Positions 28,344 through 36,544 are shown, counted from the first letter of the stretch. The stretch is DNA of 64,000 nt from Lachnospiraceae bacterium (GCA_047602645.1 JASGGU010000005.1:1533-65532), one strand, 5' to 3'. The notes: generated from the sequence alone by a model not told the origin. Numbers and translations: made by a program.

Positions 28344-29573
28344 TTATGCAATCGTGTTTTTTTGCGCTAAAAACGCACTTTCAGGATTTCGTGTACGCAG
28401 TATACAGACAAACCCTACAACAATCAATGCAATGCCTGAATAGAAAAACCAGAGGCTTATGCCTGTCATGCTGCTGAGCGGCCCTGCTGCGGCAAGCCCA
28501 ATTGGATTTGCTATGGTAAAGACAGTCAGCAGCAGGGACATAGCCTTTCCCGATAGTTCCGGGGGTGTCGTTTCCTGTGCATATGCCCAAAACGGGACAT
28601 TGAAAAAGGTCGCCATGCTTCCCATAATGAACACACATAGGAGCAATGCCCAAAACCCGGTGGATGGGAGAATGCCGCCTATGGCAGTGGCGATTCCAAG
28701 GACAATGACGGATAACGACACCATTAAAAATTTCCGCTTCATACCGCCCCATATTCCAAGCAAAAAGGAGGAAAGCAGCATCCCGGAGGCGAAAAATACA
28801 TCAACAAAGCCGTTTTGCAATGCACCGCCTCTAAAATGCGTCCGTACAAGCAGAGGGAACAGAGAGTTGAGCGGCATAAACAAGATGCCAACCATAACAA
28901 CCGGGGGCAGAGCTGCCATCAGCAGCTTATTGCCGGTCAGAGCCCGGATGCCATGCTTCATATCCAGAAAGAGGTGAAGCTCTTCGTTCTGACGGGGGAT
29001 ATCGGGGATTTTCACAAAGCATAGGCAAAGAATAGCGAATACCGCTCCCAATAGATCCACCTGCATGACAGCCGCAATGGGGATAGCTTCCATCAGTACG
29101 GCTCCCAGCATCGGCCCCAGCATGTTGCTGCCGGAAGAAATTAGATTTCCCCAGCCGCCTGCCTTTGTAAGCTGCTCAGTCGGTACCAGTGTCGGAATTG
29201 CAGCACGCATGGCAGGATCATGAAAGGTTGACCCCACGCCGCGCAAAAACAGGATGAGATAGATAAACCATATCGGCGCATCTCCATAAAACAGGAATAC
29301 AAGCGCCAGCATAGTACTGGAAAGCGCCGTCAAGCCATCCGCCAGCATCATCACAGTCCGCCTGTTATAGCGGTCAATCCATACACCGGCAAACGGGCCC
29401 AACAGTGCTGTGGGCAGATACCCAACAATCGCTGCTGTGGTTAGGGTCAGAGAGGATTCCGTTCTCAAGGTCAGATACCAAACAATCGCAAATTGAACAG
29501 CGGCGGAACCAATAATGGACAAAGCCTGTCCCGTATAGATAATGGCAAAGCGTTTTTTCCACTTCTCTTTCAT
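28344..29573 (-). CDS. MFS transporter, MFS_3/DHA3-EntS-like
   Basis: The 409-aa ORF has about 12 TM segments and the motif GPFAGVWIDRYNRRTVMMLAD. Its ATG overlaps the upstream ABC gene stop (ATGA). Confidence 0.85.
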   Translation of the reverse strand: MKEKWKKRFAIIYTGQALSIIGSAAVQFAIVWYLTLRTESSLTLTTAAIVGYLPTALLGPFAGVWIDRYNRRTVMMLADGLTALSSTMLALVFLFYGDAPIWFIYLILFLRGVGSTFHDPAMRAAIPTLVPTEQLTKAGGWGNLISSGSNMLGPMLGAVLMEAIPIAAVMQVDLLGAVFAILCLCFVKIPDIPRQNEELHLFLDMKHGIRALTGNKLLMAALPPVVMVGILFMPLNSLFPLLVRTHFRGGALQNGFVDVFFASGMLLSSFLLGIWGGMKRKFLMVSLSVIVLGIATAIGGILPSTGFWALLLCVFIMGSMATFFNVPFWAYAQETTPPELSGKAMSLLLTVFTIANPIGLAAAGPLSSMTGISLWFFYSGIALIVVGFVCILRTRNPESAFLAQKNTIA

Positions 29574-31345
29574 AGGCCTTTACCTGCTATGGCGGCTGGA
29601 GTTTTTCCCCGAAAGTTCCAGTCCAGGGATTTCTGCTGCATATTCCAAAGCTTTGCATATAAGCCTCCCTGCGAGAGAAGCCCCTGGTGCGTGCCTTGCT
29701 CCTTCAGCTGCCCATCCTCCAGCACGAGAATTCGATCCGCATTCTGCACTGTCTTTAGCCGGTGAGCAATCATGATCACTGTGGTATCCTTCACAAGCTC
29801 GCCGATTGCCCGTTGTACAAGAGCTTCATTTCCGGCATCCAGACTGGCAGTCGGTTCATCCAGCAAGAGAACCGGCGCCTTCTTAAGGAGTGCCCTCGCG
29901 ATGGATATTCGCTGCTTTTCTCCACCAGACAGCGTACTGCCGCCTTCGCCTACCATGGTGTCATACCCGTCCGGAAGTGCTATAATAAAATCGTGACAGC
30001 CTGCTTGCTCAGCAGCTTCCATCATCTCCTCTTCACTGGCATCCTTTCTGCCAAAAAGGATATTCTCTCGAATGGTTTCGTTGAATAAATAAACATCCTG
30101 CAATACCATGGATACCTTCTCCTGCCACAACTCCGGGATCAAGGAGGAAAGGGCTTTTCCGTCAATTAAAATTGTTCCTTCACTCACATCCCAAAACCGT
30201 GTAATCAGCCGCAGGATAGTGGATTTTCCGCTGCCGGAAGGTCCTACGATAGCGGTTAGACCACCGCGGCAAATTTCAAAGGAAATATCCTTCAAAACCC
30301 ACTCTGCGCCCTTGGTATAAGAAAAGTTCACATGGTCAAAGCGAATTTCGGGATTATCTCCCGGCTTTCCATCTCCTGACATTTCCGGCTCCTGCATGGT
30401 GTTATCCAGCCTTTTTGCCGAAACATAGTTATTTCTCAGCATCATCATATTGCTAACCGCCGTAATCACCGGCGTCAATATTTTGGTGCCGATAATAATG
30501 ATGCTGATAAATTCCACGGCTGTGAGGGAACCGCCCATCAGCAGGTAGCCCCCTGCCATACACATCAGGGGCAGACCGAACTGTACGATAGAGGTACATA
30601 AACGTATCAGGCTGCCGGAGCCGCTTTCTACTTTGATATAAGTTTCCATCAGGTGATGATATGCGGTTTTCAGCTTTAAAAAGCCTTCTCCGGTCTGGTT
30701 ATAGCTTTTCAGTGTTTTCATACCGCCCAAATACTCATTGAGGTTAGTTGCCGCCTTATCTCTGGCCAGCGCGATGCAGGCGGCATTTCGGTCCAGCGTT
30801 TTCATGGATGCTGTTAAAATGATTGCCGCAACAGGCAGTGAGATGTAAAACGCCGCCGCCATCAGCGGATTGAAAATAAACATAAAAATTGAGGTAAGCA
30901 CGCAGGAGAAAACTATGCTGAACAACCCGGAAAGTGTGCCGGTCATAGCCTGCTGAATGTTGACAAAATCTCCTGCAAAGTTGTTGATCAACTCGCCTTT
31001 TTCCTTCCCGGAGAAAAAACCAAGGGGTAAACGGCGCAGCTTTTTTACAAATGAAATACGATTCTCTACCGTATGCTCCGCTGATGGCAAGAAGCTGTTA
31101 CTGTAAGCAAAGTATCCAATTACAAACTGAACCAGCGCCAGAACCCCTAAAACACCTGATGTAATCCACATCATTCGAAAGTTCAGGGAATCTGGCTCCC
31201 CAAATGCTCCCGCAACCATGTTAATGACGACATAGATGATAATGGCGGGAAACAAATTGAAAAAATCCTCTAGGAAAAGCCATACCGCAGGGCGAGCCAA
31301 ATGCGTCGGATGACCAAATGTCAATTTCTTCAGTACTTGTTTCAT
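29570..31345 (-). CDS. ABC half-transporter, exporter fold (TMD-NBD), YbtQ-position
   Basis: The 591-aa ORF has an N-terminal 6-TM domain and a C-terminal NBD (GPSGSGKST, LSGGEKQR, LLLDEPT). It overlaps the upstream partner gene by 4 nt. Confidence 0.88.
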   Translation of the reverse strand: MKQVLKKLTFGHPTHLARPAVWLFLEDFFNLFPAIIIYVVINMVAGAFGEPDSLNFRMMWITSGVLGVLALVQFVIGYFAYSNSFLPSAEHTVENRISFVKKLRRLPLGFFSGKEKGELINNFAGDFVNIQQAMTGTLSGLFSIVFSCVLTSIFMFIFNPLMAAAFYISLPVAAIILTASMKTLDRNAACIALARDKAATNLNEYLGGMKTLKSYNQTGEGFLKLKTAYHHLMETYIKVESGSGSLIRLCTSIVQFGLPLMCMAGGYLLMGGSLTAVEFISIIIIGTKILTPVITAVSNMMMLRNNYVSAKRLDNTMQEPEMSGDGKPGDNPEIRFDHVNFSYTKGAEWVLKDISFEICRGGLTAIVGPSGSGKSTILRLITRFWDVSEGTILIDGKALSSLIPELWQEKVSMVLQDVYLFNETIRENILFGRKDASEEEMMEAAEQAGCHDFIIALPDGYDTMVGEGGSTLSGGEKQRISIARALLKKAPVLLLDEPTASLDAGNEALVQRAIGELVKDTTVIMIAHRLKTVQNADRILVLEDGQLKEQGTHQGLLSQGGLYAKLWNMQQKSLDWNFRGKTPAAIAGKGL

Positions 31346-33159
31346 ATGGCTTCGCTCCTTTTCCGCTTAGTAATTTCTTTTTCGATACTCCATGTGTCGA
31401 CCTCGTTTTGAAGCATCCAAAGTTCCTTATATAAGGTGTCCTGCCGCATCAGAGTGTCATGTGTACCTGTTTCCCGAATCTCGCCCCGGCTGAGCACCAG
31501 AATTTGATCAGCCCTTTGGATGCTGGGTAACCGATGGGCGATAATGAGCACCGTCCGGTCTTCAATTAATTGATCAATTGCCTGCTGAATAAGGTTTTCG
31601 TTCTCGGCGTCTGAATAGGCCAATGCTTCATCTAACACAACAATGGGTGAATCCTTTAAAATGGCTCGTGCAATGGCCAGACGCTGTGCTTCTCCACCGG
31701 AAAGTCCAACGCCGCCGCTGCCGATTACGGTATCGTATCCCTTTGGCAGCCGCATAATAAACTCATGACATCGGGCGGCCCTGGCAGCGGCAATTACCTG
31801 TTCTTTGTTCAAAGGTCTGTTCATGGTAATATTGCCGTACACGGTATCTGAAAATATGGTTGTATCCTGAAATACAAACGACACATATTCCATCAGGCGA
31901 GAGGGCATGATATCCCGGATATCCACACCGCCAATAGTAATCTTTCCCGAGGTGACATCCCAAAACCGGGAAATAAGCTGTCCAATCGTGCTTTTGCCTC
32001 CGCCGGACGGTCCCACTAATGCGGTCAGCTGCTTTTGCGGAGCGGTGAAGCTGATGTGGTTCAGCGCCAGCGTATGAAAGGGATCGGCCGTATCCTGATA
32101 GGAAAAGGACACGTCATGAAATTGGACATCAAAAGACTCCGGTACTTTGGGGCTGACCGGTTCGGGCACCGGCTCCATGCGCGTGATTTCGTCGATGTTA
32201 TGTAGCGCAACGGTAATTTCTCCCATGCGGGTACCGTAGTTGACAAGCTCCATAAGCGGAGCGCAAATGGCAGGTATCAATATCAATCCCATAATAACCG
32301 ACAATAAAACCGATGCATTCCCGGGATTACGCCAAATCAGGAACGTACCGACCGGTACCACAACTGCCAGCAAGGAAAGGATTATTGTTTTATAGCCCTC
32401 GTAAAACGGAGCCACCCTCTTGTAGAGCTTCATTTCCCAATTGCCATATTTCTTTGTGGTGTCGCTAAGTCCTCTGGTGATGGTGCCCGTCAGGCCAAAC
32501 AGCTTCACCTCGGCAATTCCCTGTACATATTCCGAAAATGCTCCCGTCATTTGTCCCGATACCGTTGCAAGACCGGTCAAAATATCCTGTCCCCGGCTCC
32601 CGCCCCATACGGAAAGCTGTAGGGCACATGCAATGATAACAGCAACAACGACTGCCAGTGCCAGCCACAAATTCAGACTGCCAAGTCCAAACAGCAGCGC
32701 TAAGACGGCACACGCCGATCCAATCAGATCCGGCAGCAGATGAGCGATGAATATTTCGATTTTCTCGATGCTGTCATCCATGGTCTTTTGCACGCTGCCC
32801 GTAGTATGCTCTGTAAAGAACCCCATCGGCAAGCGCCCCATATGCTCCATAACCCGGATTCGAATTCCGTACAGTACACGGAAGGCAACCTTATGTGCGC
32901 CAAAGCTTCCGAAAAAGGATAAAATTGTATTGAGTAATATGCTGATAGCGGCTGCAATACTCCACAATAAAATCCCGCCGGAGATATCGCCTTGTCCCAC
33001 CTTTGGAAGCAGCAGCCGGGCGATATGATAAACAGATAAGTAGGGTATCATACCGCAAAGCGTGCCAAGGGACATTAACGTACAGCTAAGCACCAGTTTC
33101 CCCTTTCCCTCAGCTGCAATATCAAAGAGCCTGGATAAAACAGGCCTTTTTTCATTCAT
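31342..33159 (-). CDS. ABC half-transporter, exporter fold (TMD-NBD), YbtP-position
   Basis: The 605-aa ORF has a TMD followed by an NBD (GPSGGGKST, LSGGEAQR, VVLDEA). A GAGGAGG RBS lies 7 nt upstream. Confidence 0.88.
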   Translation of the reverse strand: MNEKRPVLSRLFDIAAEGKGKLVLSCTLMSLGTLCGMIPYLSVYHIARLLLPKVGQGDISGGILLWSIAAAISILLNTILSFFGSFGAHKVAFRVLYGIRIRVMEHMGRLPMGFFTEHTTGSVQKTMDDSIEKIEIFIAHLLPDLIGSACAVLALLFGLGSLNLWLALAVVVAVIIACALQLSVWGGSRGQDILTGLATVSGQMTGAFSEYVQGIAEVKLFGLTGTITRGLSDTTKKYGNWEMKLYKRVAPFYEGYKTIILSLLAVVVPVGTFLIWRNPGNASVLLSVIMGLILIPAICAPLMELVNYGTRMGEITVALHNIDEITRMEPVPEPVSPKVPESFDVQFHDVSFSYQDTADPFHTLALNHISFTAPQKQLTALVGPSGGGKSTIGQLISRFWDVTSGKITIGGVDIRDIMPSRLMEYVSFVFQDTTIFSDTVYGNITMNRPLNKEQVIAAARAARCHEFIMRLPKGYDTVIGSGGVGLSGGEAQRLAIARAILKDSPIVVLDEALAYSDAENENLIQQAIDQLIEDRTVLIIAHRLPSIQRADQILVLSRGEIRETGTHDTLMRQDTLYKELWMLQNEVDTWSIEKEITKRKRSEAI

Positions 33160-33180
33160 CTATACGCCTCCTCTTTTTCG

Positions 33181-33198
33181 AGTTAGACAAATCTAACC
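33181..33198 (-). promoter_or_regulatory. Conserved inverted repeat GGTTAGATTTGTCTAACT at the predicted +1 of the ABC/MFS/ECF-1 operon
   Basis: Read on the minus strand. It starts exactly 7 nt downstream of the TATACT -10 hexamer. The same GGTTAGAT-N4-CTAAC element recurs at 40380-40397 and 47159-47176. Confidence 0.6.
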
Positions 33199-33204
33199 GA
33201 GAGG

Positions 33205-33251
33205 AGTATAGCATTTGTTAAATTACGATTCAAGTCCTCGAGCACAGGACT
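33205..33251 (-). promoter_or_regulatory. Promoter of the ABC/MFS/ECF-1 operon with an abutting palindrome
   Basis: On the minus strand: TTGAAT (33233-33228), a 17-nt spacer, then TATACT (33210-33205). The palindrome AGTCCT-N7-AGGACT (33233-33251) abuts the -35 element. Confidence 0.55.
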
Positions 33252-33263
33252 CTATAGATACTA

Positions 33264-33292
33264 TTGACATTTATTATTTGCCTATTTATACT
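33264..33292 (+). promoter_or_regulatory. Sigma-A promoter of the AraC-family gene
   Basis: TTGACA (33264-33269), a 17-nt spacer, then TATACT (33287-33292). A ~90-nt leader follows, containing the tandem repeats AAGATTTTTGTATATT (33301-33316) and AAGATTTTTTATATT (33319-33333). Confidence 0.65.
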
Positions 33293-33387
33293 GATAATGT
33301 AAGATTTTTGTATATTATAAGATTTTTTATATTGTCCTAAACAGTACTATATATTCTAAAATAGAACCTGGAAAGAGGGATACGTAT

Positions 33388-34350
33388 ATGCAATGCTTTT
33401 ACAGTGTATCGGACATGCTGCGTCAATATGAAGAGTGCGGATGGAAGCGGACCAGTATCCGCTATGGGTGTTTATTTGAGCCGCCCGAAGAAGTTGCATC
33501 AGGGCATATTCAGGTATGGGGGAATCCGAAAACCTGCTGTTTTATTGATACAGATATTGTTTTTCATACAGATTTGACAGAGCGGTATTATTACGAGGCA
33601 AAGAGCATTCAAATCACCTTTATTGAGGATATGGCTTTGAGCTATTACCAGAAAAAAACCGAGCGCAACGAGGCACGGTTTGGAGTTTTCTGTTATGTGA
33701 ATAATCTGCCACGCCCATGGTATAAGCGATTTTCTTCCGGCGAAGCACAAAAAGCGTCTACAGTTTATATAACAGATCAGTTTCTTGAATGTACCGGTGC
33801 TGTATTCACGGATTTTCTTTGGAACCGTACAGCTCACGCAGTAAACAATAGGGAAGTATCACTTCCTTTATTGGCTGATATTTGCAGAGAAATCAAGTCC
33901 GCTGATATGAGCAGAGAAGCGTTCTCTTTGTTTTTTCAGGGGAAAGCTTTGGAAGCTGCCGGACTGTTAATAGATTACACACTTTCCTTTGATTTAGAAA
34001 GCTTACCAACGCCGACCTTAAAAGCGAAAAATGCGGCTAAGTCAGCATTACAAACCTTAAACCAATCCTTTGCCCAACCTCCGGTGATTGATGATCTGGC
34101 AAAATCAATCGGTATCAATAAGCAAACCCTTCAACGAGCTTTTCAACAGCTTACCGGCCAAACAATCCACGAATATATCAAAGCAATAAGAATGGAAAAA
34201 TCTATTTCTCTATTAACTGATACGCCAAAGAGAATTGATGAGATCGCCAAAGAAGTGGGATATCAAAGCAAGGGAAATTTTTTTAAGGCGTTTGCGGAAA
34301 CCTTTGGCTGTACCCCAAACGAAATGAGACGCGCTCAATTATCTAAATAG
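33388..34350 (+). CDS. AraC-family transcriptional regulator (YbtA/PchR-like position)
   Basis: The 320-aa ORF has a C-terminal double HTH (PPVIDDLAKSIGINKQTLQRAFQQLTGQTIHEYIKAIRMEKS...GYQSKGNFFKAFAETFGCTPNEMR). It is divergent from the ABC/MFS/ECF operon. Confidence 0.88.
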   Translation: MQCFYSVSDMLRQYEECGWKRTSIRYGCLFEPPEEVASGHIQVWGNPKTCCFIDTDIVFHTDLTERYYYEAKSIQITFIEDMALSYYQKKTERNEARFGVFCYVNNLPRPWYKRFSSGEAQKASTVYITDQFLECTGAVFTDFLWNRTAHAVNNREVSLPLLADICREIKSADMSREAFSLFFQGKALEAAGLLIDYTLSFDLESLPTPTLKAKNAAKSALQTLNQSFAQPPVIDDLAKSIGINKQTLQRAFQQLTGQTIHEYIKAIRMEKSISLLTDTPKRIDEIAKEVGYQSKGNFFKAFAETFGCTPNEMRRAQLSK

Positions 34351-34576
34351 TTAAAAAGGAATATCCCCAACGCTGCAAAAATAACCGTTATGCTGATGTC
34401 CAACGCTATCTTTTGCCACCGCCATCTTATTTCTTGTTGCCTACCTTGGGTGTTTCTACGCCTCTATTCTTGGTACTTGCCTAAGGACTAATCATCGGCA
34501 TTGCCTTTGGCGGAACGGCCACAACCTCCCCCCTTCTGATTCAGGACTCTGTAATTTCCGGTAAAAGAGGTGCGGC

Positions 34577-35007
34577 AGCTTTTTAGTAGCCTTGGCATAT
34601 ACGCCCATGCCCTGATCCAATAATTCCAGCATCTCTTTTGTGACGCCTTTTTGCGGACCGTAAACGTAGGTGGCACCATTAGCCCCGCATAAGGGATTCG
34701 TAGCCTAACGCTGTCAGCATCCCAGTTTTTGTATGTTCGATATAGCCATAGGCAGCTTCGATTCTGTTTCCCAATGGGCCCTTCACACAGAGGCGGACAG
34801 CCTCTCCCGAAAGTCCTTCAATCAGCGCCTCCGTTGTCCCTTCTCCGCCATCCGCAAGCGGCTTTATGATAATTTCTGCTTCCGCGGCATTCAATATGCC
34901 TTCTTTAATCGCTTCGCCGGCTTCCAGGGAAGTCAGGCTGCCCTTAAACGAATCAATCGCAATCACTACCTTCATTTCACTCGGGTTCCTCTCTGGCTGT
35001 TATCTCA
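34577..35007 (-). pseudogene. Decayed partial copy of the glycerate kinase gene plus its upstream leader
   Basis: Colinear nucleotide matches: 34577-34701 to about 12765-12889, 34702-34723 to 13021-13042, and 34724-35007 to 13217-13500. The implied deletions are about 131 bp (between two ATTCGT copies) and 174 bp, and the 3' part of the gene is missing. ORF-track fragments 34488..34679 and 34679..34975 are pieces of this copy. Confidence 0.9.
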
Positions 35008-35094
35008 TTTTCTCTATTGATCTTCAAATATTTTAACAGCCGTTTACACGCAACATCCATATGCGTGCGCTTCTCTAACTGCGGTTCTGCCTGA
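35008..35094 (-). pseudogene. ~87-bp fragment homologous to an internal part of the 1045-aa hydrolase gene
   Basis: It aligns by eye with 18265-18352 (...AACAGCCGTTTGCACGCAACATCAATATGCGTG...CTCTAACTGCAGTTCTGCCTGA), with roughly 10 mismatches. It is joined directly to the glxK-leader copy. Confidence 0.8.
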
Positions 35095-36196
35095 AAGTCT
35101 CCAAGACAATATCCTGAATCTCTTCAGCAATGCGCTTTGCCCTGTTCCGATCTAATTTGATGTTCTCTGCAACCGCAAGCAATTCTTTCATTCCCGGATT
35201 CCTGCCATTTCCATCAATTGTAGTTGCATGCTCCCCGCCAATAGAATTGCTGAAGGTCAGATCATAGGCCGGCGATAAAATCCACCTGCCTTCATCCTTA
35301 CAATACAGGAAAGAAAAGTTTTTTGCATGATCATCCCTGTTATGAGAAAAGACATTGAAGCACATAAGCCGAAACATCTGCTCGACCTGCCTGTAATCGT
35401 TTGTAAGCTGCAAAGTCAGCTGCATTAGAATATGATAATCCAGATTCGGAATCCGATGTGAGGTCTCAAGCAATGCGCTTACTGACAGCATGTGAATTTT
35501 CTGATCTCCATCCCTGTCGAATCGCTTTGTTGCAAAAAATCCCCCATATTTTTTTGAATCTAACAGCTTTGTTTCCGTCATAGGAATGCCGCATTTTCGT
35601 GCACATAAGGAATACTTATATTCCTGCACGCCAATATCATCTTTATCCTGAGAGGATGGGAATTTTATGATCCACTCCTGCCCATCAATCTTATTAAAAA
35701 CCTTCGGTCTTGCACCACCTGAAGACCCTCCCATTTGAAAAAGCACATCCAGATTGTCACTTTCTTTGCTTTCAAAAATATTCTGGCATTCCGCTGCAAG
35801 CTCATCCAGCGAAAGCCGCGACTGCCTAAGAGACAAACTACTTTCCGGTTGGTAGGTTAAGGCTCCCATTCCTGATGCTCCAACAATAGCCAGTCTATCA
35901 ATCGCATGAACCTCTGCCGGATTGATTCTTTTTTTAAGGAGGAGTCTGTCAACTAATAATCGTCCCCATCCGTCTGGCAGACTGTCTGAAAACACCCCAA
36001 ACAAGCCCTCAAAAGGATCATAGCTTTTCGGCAGAAACACTTTTTTTTGCAATGGCAAGGAAAATGGACTAATGGAAAACCCATTACGAATCCATTCATC
36101 CTCATACTCAAATGCAACCCGATGATCCGCAGCTGTCGCAAGGGTTCCTACCTTCTTTTCTCCGAACATGACGCTTAGCGATTTATTTTTGTTCAT
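35075..36196 (-). CDS. hipA: HipA-family serine/threonine kinase toxin (C-terminus replaced by scar sequence)
   Basis: The 373-aa ORF has an N-terminal HipA coupling domain (GTLATAADHRVAFEYEDEWIRNGFSISPFSLPL), a catalytic HNRDDHAKNFSF motif and SPAYDL. The last ~6 codons and the stop lie inside the hydrolase-gene fragment. Confidence 0.85.
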   Translation of the reverse strand: MNKNKSLSVMFGEKKVGTLATAADHRVAFEYEDEWIRNGFSISPFSLPLQKKVFLPKSYDPFEGLFGVFSDSLPDGWGRLLVDRLLLKKRINPAEVHAIDRLAIVGASGMGALTYQPESSLSLRQSRLSLDELAAECQNIFESKESDNLDVLFQMGGSSGGARPKVFNKIDGQEWIIKFPSSQDKDDIGVQEYKYSLCARKCGIPMTETKLLDSKKYGGFFATKRFDRDGDQKIHMLSVSALLETSHRIPNLDYHILMQLTLQLTNDYRQVEQMFRLMCFNVFSHNRDDHAKNFSFLYCKDEGRWILSPAYDLTFSNSIGGEHATTIDGNGRNPGMKELLAVAENIKLDRNRAKRIAEEIQDIVLETFRQNRS

Positions 36197-36464
36197 CGAT
36201 TACCTCCTGAATGGATGAATAGCCCTTCTTAGAAAACAGTTCATCAAAATCGTTTTCATATCCCAGAGCAAATGCAATTTTAATAAGCGAGGATAATGAT
36301 ATCTCCCCTGTCCGTTCGAACCTCTTAATGGAGCCCAAACTCACATCGGAAGAATCTGCAAGCCGTATCTGCGTTATCTTTTTCTCCTTTCTCCTCTCAC
36401 TCATTCGTTTTGCAATTTCCGCATTCATATCCGCAGGAGATTTCAAAAATCCAAAACTATTCAT
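36183..36464 (-). CDS. XRE-type HTH protein, HipB-like antitoxin candidate
   Basis: The HTH reads KKITQIRLADSSDVSLGSIKRFERTGEISLSSLIKIAFAL. The gene overlaps hipA by 14 nt. The start is uncertain: 36464, 36428 or the TTG at 36500, and none has a clear RBS. Confidence 0.75.
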   Translation of the reverse strand: MNSFGFLKSPADMNAEIAKRMSERRKEKKITQIRLADSSDVSLGSIKRFERTGEISLSSLIKIAFALGYENDFDELFSKKGYSSIQEVIDEQK

Positions 36465-36544
36465 GATTATTATTTTAACTGTTTTTCTAATTAAAGTCAA
36501 GTTTTGGTTAATATATTAACTATTTCGATTTATCTATTGCACTA

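Noticed and set aside
33181-33198. Calling the GGTTAG...CTAACC repeats canonical DtxR/IdeR iron boxes.
   Set aside because: The IdeR/DtxR consensus (TTAGGTTAGGCTAACCTAA) has a 1-nt centre. Here the arms are separated by 6 nt and the outer TTA/TAA positions are not conserved. Only a loose half-site resemblance remains.
34488-34975. ORF-track entries 34488..34679 and 34679..34975 as real small genes.
   Set aside because: Both are frame fragments of the deleted glycerate kinase copy. The second is identical to GlxK residues 1-84 apart from one substitution (T31A), then jumps and frameshifts.
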